A DNA stretch of 11,458 nt from Octopus sinensis (lineage: Eukaryota). Every line of letters starts with the position of its first letter. Position 1 is the first letter of the stretch. Under the pieces are notes generated by a model, which ran no database searches, was not told the origin of the DNA, and saw nothing but the letters and a program-made list of their open reading frames with translations. The position numbers and the translations under genes were made by a program. Location of the stretch: positions 1 to 11,458 of the forward strand of contig NW_021827011.1 in the NCBI RefSeq assembly GCF_006345805.1, in the 5' to 3' direction. Shown one piece after another: positions 1 to 7,496 of this stretch.

Positions 1-596
1 TGTACGACATGGTTTGGTACAGTACGGGCCAACGCGGCAAAACCACACGACACGATACAGAACGGCACGGTATAGTACGGCACAATACGGAACAATATAG
101 TACAGCTTTACACACTACAGTAGGGCACGGCTTGTCTGGCACAGCACAGCGAGACACAGCACGGCAGGGCACGACATGGCACATTAGGAGACAATACGGC
201 ACAAATCGGCACGGTAAAATGCAGCATGGTACAATATGGAATGGTGCAGTACGGTATGAAACACCACGGCATGATAACTTGTACGGCACGGTACGGTACA
301 GCACGGTACAGAGTGGCACGGTACAGAGCGGCACGGTACAGCACGGCACAGCGCAATACGGAGCGGTATACACCACAGCATGAAACACTATGCATGACAC
401 TGTTTGTACGGCACAACTTGGCATGGTACGACACGATACGATACGGTACGGCTAAGTACAGTACAGCAGGGCACGACACGACATAGAACGGCACGGTACA
501 ATACGGAGCGCTAATGTACGGCATGATACGCTACAGCATGACACGGCTTGTACGGCACGACAGGGCACAGCGAAGCATAGCACTGCGGGGCACGAC
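1..596. repeat. Degenerate pentamer satellite (GGCAC/GGTAC/AGCAC/AGTAC-type units), probably continuing beyond the window start
   Basis: Continuous 5-bp periodicity, e.g. 283-350 acggcacggtacggtacagcacggtacagagtggcacggtacagagcggcacggtacagcacggcacagcgc. It ends abruptly at ...gggcacgac (596). The four ORFs over it only reflect the repeat. Confidence 0.85.
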
Positions 597-992
597 CCGT
601 TCTATTCCTATCTTCTGTAATTGCTAATGGATTGACTAGAGACGTAATAATAAAATATAATCGACGATAACTGCATAATAGCCATGTTTGTTTTGAATAT
701 ATTTTATTTTGAATCTTTAAATGAGAGGAAATGACATTTTACTGGCCCTCCCAGACAAATGGAAGGAAGAGAAGAGGAAGAAAGGAAGTTATCCTCAATC
801 AGGAAACGATGTGCGAATGTTTCCAATATAACAGAATTTATAAAAGGTATCCAAAATTCCAGGTGACGGCGTTAAATCGAGTAACGGATTAAGGTTATTA
901 ACCCTCAGTTCAAAGATTATTTCTCAAATTTAGTTTGAGGGTAACCAATCAGATTAGTATAACGAATCAGCTGTCGTATATGTATATATCTT

Positions 993-1260
993 ACCACATG
1001 CTTGAATACATACTTGTAAACATATACATACTTATACACACTCGCACACATACAGATACGCACACTTGTATACTCTTTTACTCTTTTTACTTGTTTCAGT
1101 CATTTGACTGCGGCCATGCTGGAGCACCACCTTTAATCGAGCAACTCGACCCCGGGACTTATTCTTTTGTAAACCCAGTACTTATTCTATCGGTCTCTTT
1201 TGCCGAACCGCTAAGTGGCGGGGAATGTATACAAATGTATATATACATACATACACACAC
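993..1260 (+). repeat. Low-complexity CA/TA-rich segment duplicated at 1932-2040; this copy is interrupted by a SINE fragment
   Basis: accacatgcttgaatacatacttgtaaacatatacatacttatacac...gatacgcacactt (from 993) matches accacatacttgcattcatacttgtaaacatatacatacttatatacac...aatacgcacactt (from 1932). Both continue tgtatacaaatgtata. Confidence 0.8.
1074..1225 (-). mobile_element. 5'-truncated copy (3' module and tail only) of the bipartite CORE-type SINE
   Basis: Near-identical to about 10060-10215 (gtttcagtcatttgactgcggccatgctggagcacc...gaacc(g/a)ctaagtg(g/a)cgggga). It has a (tactcttt)n tail and is flanked by the direct repeat tgtatac at 1067-1073 and 1226-1232 (TSD). Confidence 0.92.
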
Positions 1261-1342
1261 ACACATACATATATATATATCATCATTATCATCATCATCA
1301 TCACCGTTGCCCGAATATTAAAATATCAAGCACCATAACGAT

Positions 1343-1662
1343 TACGATAACAACAACAATAACAACAACAACAGCAACAGCAACAACAACAACATCAACC
1401 ACAATGGAAACAACAACGATCGTTACATTAACAAATGCAATAAAAATTATTCATAAAAAGGACATAAAAAACAAGAACCGTGACAGTGAAAGGACGAGTA
1501 CCATCAACAACAACAACAATAACAATAACAACAACAACAACAACAACAATAACAACAACAACAACAATAACAATAACAACAACAACAACAACAACAATAA
1601 CAACAACAACAACAACAACAGCAATAACAATAACAACCGCAGCAGCAGCAACAGCAACAATA
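1343..1662. repeat. Interrupted (AAC)n/(AAT)/(AGC) trinucleotide microsatellite
   Basis: Read directly from the sequence. It is the source of the poly-Asn, poly-Thr and poly-Leu ORFs. Confidence 0.95.
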
Positions 1663-1822
1663 AATGGTTGTGACAGTAAAAGAGAGGGGAGATACTGGGA
1701 TAGTTTTAATTACTTTGGAAATAATTATGATAATTTTTGCGCAAAATTAATTTCCCAAACATTTAAACAAATAAAACTTGTTAGAAAAATCATAGGAACA
1801 ACCAAACACCATAACGATGTTT

Positions 1823-1885
1823 ACACACACATACACACACATACACACACACACCACATAGATGCATGCATGCATACATATACAT

Positions 1886-1932
<47 letters not shown>

Positions 1933-2150
1933 CCACATACTTGCATTCATACTTGTAAACATATACATACTTATATACACACACGCACACACAAATACGC
2001 ACACTTACATGTATACAAATGTATACATACATACATACAAACACATATGTATATGTATATGTGTATGCATATATATATAACTACGGGTATGTATGCATGT
2101 ATGTGTGGATGTACACATATATGTATGCTTATGCATGTATATCCATATAC
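1823..2150. repeat. Compound (CA)n/(TA)n/(TATG)n microsatellite region, including duplicated segment 1932-2040
   Basis: Read directly from the sequence; a pure (TA)n run lies at about 1895-1928. Confidence 0.92.
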
Positions 2151-2349
2151 CTGTGTGTAAGCTGGATGTTCGCATGTTACTTCACATCGTATCCCACTTT
2201 GCAAAGCATTCGACGTAATTCAATAAAAGAATGCAATGCTGTCGTAATAGAGATTGATTCCATGAAATTAGAGCTATTTTACCTGGATTGGGTAGCGGGG
2301 TATGGATATGTTGATGGTATTGGTGCCACAGATACAAGTTTTGTTCAAG

Positions 2350-3000
2350 ATGGAGATGGTAGTGACGATTTTCGAGACTGACTGTTGTTATTAGTAGTGT
2401 GGTGGTTGTGATGGTCGTGGTCGTAGTGATGGTGTTGACGATGGTGGTGGTTTGTGGTGGTGATGATTCTAGTGATAATTCATAGCAGTATTGGTGGAGA
2501 TGGTGGTAATTATTTTGCTTTTGGTGGTTGTAGTGGTGGTGGTGGTGGTGATGCTGGTGATGGCGTTGGTGATTGTGATGCTGATGGTAGTCGTGACGGT
2601 AGTGGTGGCAGTGGTGGTGATGGTGGTGGTGTTTATGGCAGTGATAGTGGTGCTGTTGACGGTGGTAGTATGGTTGTTGTTGGTGGTTGTGGTGGTTGTG
2701 GTGGTTATGTTTGTGATCTTGATGGTGGTGATGGTGGTGATGGTGGTGGTGGCTGTAGTGGTGTTAGTGGTAATTGTAGTGTAACTAATAATAGTGATGG
2801 TATTGGTGGTGGTGGTGGTGGTGGTAGGGGTTGTGGTGGCTGTAGTGGTGATAGTGGTAATTGTAGTGTAACTAATGATGGTGGTGGTATTGGTGGTGGT
2901 GGTGGTGGTGGTGGTGGCAGTTGTGGTGGTGTTGGTAGTGGTGGTAGTGGTGACAGTTGTAGTGAGGATGATTGTAGTTGTGATGGTGTTGGTGGTGAAT
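2350..3000. repeat. Cryptically simple (GGT)n-derived tract with an 87-bp internal tandem duplication
   Basis: GGT/GAT/AGT/TGT triplets throughout. ggctgtagtggtg(t/a)tagtggtaattgtagtgtaactaat recurs at 2751 and 2838. Confidence 0.9.
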
Positions 3001-3134
3001 GTGCACAGAGTAAATGATCGTATTCGTCACGCTACGCTCTAATTGGGTGTTAATTAGAGCCAGTTTTTATTTCCTCGCCTAATTAATTTATTGATAGGAA
3101 AATAACTCTACATGTTCTCTTTTATTTAATAAGC

Positions 3135-3216
3135 TGCTGTCGTTGTTGGCGTTGTTATTGTTGTTGTTGCCGATGTAGTCGTTGCTTTACTTTTACTACT
3201 GCAGTTGTTGTTGTTG

Positions 3217-3248
<32 letters not shown>

Positions 3249-3550
3249 GGTTGTGGTGAGGTGTTTGTAGTGGTAGTAATACTAACGGCGGTTGTGGTGG
3301 GGTCTTCGTTGATGAAGCTATAATTGTTATTCTTTCTAGAGATGAATGTGGTAGTGGTACTGCTAATGGTGGGAATGCCAGTGGTGGGAGTGATTGCGGT
3401 AGAAGTGTTGGTGGTGGTAGTAGTGGTGATTACGGTAGTGTTGTTGTTGTTGTTGTAGGTGGTGTGGTGGTGGTGGTGGTGGTGGTGGTGGTGGTGGTGG
3501 TGGTGGTGGCGGTAGTGGTAGTGGTGGTGGTGGTGGTGGTGGTGGTATTG
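3135..3550. repeat. (GTT)n/(GGT)n trinucleotide tract
   Basis: Read directly from the sequence; long nearly pure (TGG)n at about 3465-3546. Confidence 0.93.
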
Positions 3551-3560
3551 TTGGAATCGT

Positions 3561-3670
3561 TGATTTTCAATCAGCAGCAATAAACATCCTGCTTGGCTAA
3601 TTTCCTACTTCGGTCTCGATGCTTCGTTAAAGACTCACACATGACACAGCAATTAGGTATCGAACTTCAA
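3561..3670 (+). repeat. Copy 1 of a diverged 110-bp non-simple repeat (copy 2 at 5231-5340)
   Basis: Hand ungapped alignment gives 81/110 identities, starting tgattttcaatcagc in both copies. Both follow a GGT-rich tract. Confidence 0.85.
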
Positions 3671-3941
3671 CAACAGCAACAACAACAACAACATGAACGA
3701 TAGACTCATTGATATCTTCTAACAGTTACAAGCGCATGGGGCGGACTCTGAACCTACAAATGGCTCCCCGCATTCATTTCTCAACCCGAAGATTCCTCTG
3801 CTACTTGTGGCATCCCTTTGATTACAGAGGTCACTTAAACCCTAACCCTTATTCTGACATATATAACACTTAGTCAGAAGCGGGATGGTAACACATATAG
3901 GGCTTGATTCATTCATCACTGATCCACGATAAAACTATATA

Positions 3942-4106
3942 GGTGTAGGAGTGGCTGTGTGGTAAATAGCTTGCTTACCAACCACATGGTTCCGGATTCA
4001 GTCCCACTGCGTAGCACCTTGGGCAAGTGTCTTCTACTATAGCCTCAGGCCGACCAAAGCCTTGTGAGAGGATTTGGTAGGCGGAAACTAAAAGAAGCCC
4101 GTCGTA

Positions 4107-4161
<55 letters not shown>

Positions 4162-4163
4162 TG

Positions 4164-4196
<33 letters not shown>

Positions 4197-4410
4197 TGTG
4201 TATGTGTTTGTCACCCCCCTCAACATCGCTTGGCAATCGATGCTGGTGTGTTTACGTCCCCGTAACCCAGCGGTTCAGCAAAAGAGACCGATAGAATAAG
4301 TACTGGACTTTCAAAGAATAAGTCCTGGGGTTGATTTGCTCGACTAAAGGCGGTGCTCCAGTATGGCCACAATCAAATGACAAACAAGTAAAAGAGTAAA
4401 AGAGTAAGAG
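3942..4410 (+). mobile_element. Full-length bipartite tRNA-derived CORE-type SINE with internal (TA)n(TG)n microsatellite
   Basis: tRNA-like head (tggctgtgtggtaa A-box-like; ggattcagtccc B-box-like), CORE-like gcaccttgggcaagtgtcttc, microsatellite at about 4104-4209, 3' module ...ggtgctccagtatggccacaatcaaatgac, and tail (gagtaaaa)n. It is the reverse complement of 10054-10477. Octopus SINE families OK/OR1/OR2 are described in the literature, but I cannot assign the exact family. Confidence 0.93.
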
Positions 4411-4618
4411 AGTCAATTGTGAAACATGTTTCGCTTATCACCGATTGATCTGTGATTGCACGGAGATTCTGCTTGAACTACAAAAACGCGCACCAGTGAC
4501 CACCAATGATGCTAACGAGCCAGAATGCACTGACTATCGCTTGTGTTTACTTGGCCATGCTGCGAGGCTGCGAGGCTGCGTACTTTTTATACGGATCTGT
4601 GTACCCTTACTGATCAAC

Positions 4619-4768
4619 ATGGGTCCTGGGAAGCGAAAGAAAATACGATACACATAAGTGTATTCTGTACAGAAAAAGATAGAAATGATCAAGAAAATAC
4701 GTGACGGTGGGAGCTTTGTACAACTCGGATATGGTATCAACGAATCTACCATTTACTCCATCAATGAA
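4619..4768 (+). pseudogene. pogo/Tigger-family transposase N-terminal remnant (CENP-B N-terminal / Psq-type HTH)
   Basis: In-frame read-through gives MGPGKRKKIRYT*VYSVQKKIEMIKKIRDGGSFVQLGYGINESTIYSINE. This fits the Tigger/TIGD pattern KRK..lt...Kl.iIkkl..G.S...L...YGIgESTv..I. It has one TAA (4655-4657) and an apparent 2-codon deletion, then runs into a GGT tract. No TIR found. Confidence 0.78.
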
Positions 4769-4810
4769 ATGTGTGGTGGTGGTGGTGTTGGAGGTAGTGG
4801 TATTGGCAGT

Positions 4811-5201
4811 GTGGAGGCGCAATGGCCCAGTTGTTAGGGCAGCGGACTCGCTGTCATAGTATCGCGGTTTCGATTCCCAGACCGGGCGTTGTGAGTGTTT
4901 ATTGAGTGAAAACACCTAAAGCTCTACGCGGCTCCGGCAGGGGGTGGTGGTGATCTCTGCTGTACTCTTTCACCATAACTTTCTCTCACTCTTACTTCCT
5001 GTTTCTGTTGTACCTGCATTTCAAAGGGCCGGCCTTGTCACTCTCTGTGTCACGCTGAATATCCCCGAGAACTACGTTAAGGGTACACGTGTCTGCGGAG
5101 TGCTCAGCCACTTACACGTTAATTTCACGAGCAGGCTGTTCCGTTGATTCGGATCAACCGGAACCCTCGTCGTCGTAACCGACGGAGTGCTTCCACCACC
5201 A
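4811..5201 (+). mobile_element. tRNA-derived SINE (distinct family) with (CCA)n tail and TSD
   Basis: A box tggcccagttg (4823-4833), B box ggtttcgattcc (4866-4877), two 3' hairpins, and tail ccaccacca. Flanking 12-bp repeat ggtattgg(c/t)agt at 4799-4810 and 5202-5213. Confidence 0.88.
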
Positions 5202-5230
5202 GGTATTGGTAGTAATAATGCTGTTGGTGG

Positions 5231-5340
5231 TGATTTTCAATCAGCCTCAATAAATATCCTATTTGGCTTAATTTTATACTTCGTCTCGATGCTTTATAAA
5301 ACATCCACACGTGGCACAGTGATTAAGTATTGTACTTTAA
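5231..5340 (+). repeat. Copy 2 of the diverged 110-bp repeat (copy 1 at 3561-3670)
   Basis: See 3561-3670. Confidence 0.85.
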
Positions 5341-5592
5341 TCTGTGACAAATGACTCATTTATCACAGATTCATTTAAGCTGTCTTTCTAAACAAGTTTG
5401 CCGTGATAAACGAGGATAGATGTACCAGCGACTCTTTTAAGGGCTTGTGTAACTCGTAGAAAGAAGGGAGAAAGTTGTACTCAGATTGATCACCTGGCTC
5501 AGATGTTTGCAACAGATTAGGTTTGGACAGAAGTAACTAAAAAGCATGTGAATTAAATTGCTCACTCAAGAATAAGAACCGTCCATCCGCCT

Positions 5593-5746
5593 GGATTCTA
5601 CAGTTACCATTTATGCGATTTCCTTTGGCAGACTCTAGTCAAATGGCGATTATCGTAGAAGATACTTAAGCAAAATAACATGCCGTGGCATTGAACTCCA
5701 AACCATAAACTTGCGATGTAAACTTCACAATCACACGCATGCATGC
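5593..5746 (-). mobile_element. Highly decayed 5' half (tRNA head and CORE) of the bipartite SINE family
   Basis: tatcgtagaagatactt (5651-5667) resembles tatagtagaagacacct. catgccgtggcattgaactccaaaccat (5679-5706) resembles cacgcagtgggactgaacccggaaccat. Order and spacing are collinear with about 10318-10477. Confidence 0.7.
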
Positions 5747-5826
5747 TGGTGGTGGCGGCGGCAGTGGTGGCGGTGGTGGGTGTAGTAGTAGTAGTAGTAA
5801 CGCTGATAATCAAGACTGCATCTCAC

Positions 5827-5958
5827 CTGTCTCTCTTTTGTTGTCTTCAGTCTTCAGTTTAATTTCATGGAGTTGCTTCAGAGGATTAGATGAGCTTCTT
5901 AAATCGATAATTCACTTCAGTGTTGTTGTGTAGAAAGACGGAGGCTGAAGGGCAAATA
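5827..5958 (-). other. Candidate 132-nt spliced exon of an unidentified minus-strand gene (non-coding, terminal, or TGA-containing)
   Basis: Acceptor tttgttttcttttcaatattttag|TATTTG and donor GACAG|gtgaga, in unique mixed-composition sequence. All three frames contain a stop; the best frame (phase 1-1) has a single TGA at 5914-5912. Confidence 0.35.
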
Positions 5959-6589
5959 CTAAAATATTGAAAAGAAAACAAATGCAACGGTCGATAAAAC
6001 TTTTCACAAAACCACTTTACTCAGACACTGCTTTCTCCAAAACTTCAATTTTCTTTTTTTTTCTCTTTTTTTTTTTTAATTTGAATTCATACAAGAGTGG
6101 AATATGTCAAGATTAAAATTCATAAAATGGAATATAAAAAAAAAAATTATAAATATTGATATATTTAAAAACATGCATTTCTGAAAGTTCTTAAGTAAAA
6201 TCTATAACATGTGCCTGATATAAAGTTACAGAATGTTATGATATTGCATCTTTAAGAGAAAGATGGTAGTTTCACAGAACGCACTTCTACCTGCCTTCAA
6301 GCTTAAGTACTTAACGAATGTAAATTCAATTATATTCGTTGTACATAGTATATATATGTTGCGTCATAGGAAAAAAATATTTACGAGACACTCAGAAAAT
6401 CTGCTTTAAATTTTATTTATACATTCATAGACTCACATATTTTATTGAAAAAGTTTTTCTCAGCGGCAAACAGTAACGAATATGGACTTTTTACAGGTCA
6501 AATATGTCCCAGATATATTTGAACTTATCTAAATGTTTGTTTATTCACAACACTGCTTCCACGTGCCCACTGCAATAATTACTAGCAGC

Positions 6590-6820
6590 AGGCGTCAGCT
6601 GGCAGAATCGTTAGCACGCCGGGCGAAATGCTTAGCGGCATTTTGTGCGTCTTCACGTTCTGAGTTCAAATTCCGCCGAGGTCGACTTTGCCTTTCGTCC
6701 TTTCGGGGTCAATTAAATAAGTACCAGTTACGCACTGGGGTCGATATAATCGACTTAATCCGTTTGTCTGTCCTTGTTTGTCCCCTCTGTGTGTAGCCCC
6801 TTGTGGACAGTAAAGAAATA
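6590..6820 (+). mobile_element. tRNA-derived SINE, second family, full-length (3' end type 1)
   Basis: Head aggcgtcagctggcagaatcgttagcacgccgggcgaaatgcttagc, B-box-like gagttcaaattcc, core gactttgcctttcgtcctttcggggtc...ctggggtcgatataatcgact, and end ccccttgtggacagtaaagaaata. Homologues lie at 6821, 8994 and 9101. Confidence 0.88.
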
Positions 6821-6965
6821 GGTATTTCGTCCGCCGCTGCGTTCTGAGTGCAAATTCCGCCGAGGTCGACTTTGCCTTTCATCCGTTCGGGACTGATAAA
6901 ATTTAGGAGCCAATGCAATCGACTTACCCTCTTCCCCGAAATTGCTGGCCTTGCGCCAAAACCTG
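6821..6965 (+). mobile_element. Headless second copy of the same SINE family, directly abutting the first (3' end type 2)
   Basis: ggtatttcgt...gttctgagtgcaaattccgccgaggtcgactttgcctttcatcc repeats the sequence from 6637 onward at a 184-bp offset. It ends accctcttccccgaaattgctggccttgcgccaaaa, unlike copy 1. Confidence 0.88.
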
Positions 6966-7496
6966 ACCAGTACTTTGTTCTAGCCGAGGCCAGTACTGCA
7001 TGTAAAGAGTTCATGTTTTAATATTGACTTACTACAAAGTAAGCATGACTTCCAGATTCATCCCGGTGTAGTCTGTTTGGCGATACACGGTGTTGATGGC
7101 AGCCAAGAAGCTAGGAATACATTCACCTTTCTGCCTGAGCGCGCCATGAAATGACTTGATGTTTTTAACACGTATTGCTTAAAGCGAAGTCTTTTGTCAA
7201 CGGCAAGCGGTAGTGAGCACCGCCTTTTCACTGGCAAGCTATGTTCTAAACATATTTGCACAGGTCCAAATGTCTCTTTACTCGCAACACCGTTTTTACG
7301 TACTACTATAATATTTTGCCTTATGTTTATAGATTTATAAATTTAAATTTCGTAAATAGACTCGACTCTTTTCACAATGAAACTTGTGAAGTTATATATT
7401 TATAGTTAGGTACTTATCATAATTCGCCGAACTTACAGTTACTAAATCCATTTGTTAAACAACGTGCTGTATCATATCAGTTAAAAATAAATAAAT

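Noticed and set aside
9-524. Four overlapping ORFs (65-138 aa) at the window start
   Set aside because: They are products of the pentamer satellite. Both strands are open with repetitive HGT/VPY/ARY-type peptides and no domain-like content.
901-942. Inverted repeat accctca...tgagggt
   Set aside because: It is only 7 bp with a 28-nt spacer, compatible with chance.
1215-2381. Poly-Asn, poly-Thr, poly-Leu and YI/HT/CV-repeat ORFs
   Set aside because: They are direct translations of (AAC)n, (TA)n and (CA)n arrays, open in several frames at once.
3155-3580. His/Thr/Pro-rich 141-aa minus-strand ORF
   Set aside because: It is a translation of (ACC)n/(AAC)n with a non-ATG start and no splice support.
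3838-3849. Telomere-like (AACCCT)2
   Set aside because: Two units are too few to call an interstitial telomeric array.
4813-4890. Possible tRNA genes at SINE heads (also 3942, 6590, 7731, 8435, 10477)
   Set aside because: A/B boxes are present, but I could not fold a full cloverleaf with acceptor stem, and each continues into SINE body sequence.
5845-5857. Minus-strand CTGAAGA motifs, and gaaactgaaagaag in the SINE, as hammerhead ribozyme cores; aaacatgtc at about 9749
   Set aside because: The required stems I-III and a correctly placed GAAA are absent, and ctgaaag does not fit CUGANGA.
6637-6927. CRISPR-like or prokaryotic repeat-spacer interpretation of the direct repeats
   Set aside because: The repeats are SINE bodies. 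There are no regular 25-45 bp repeats with unique spacers and no cas genes, and the context is eukaryotic.
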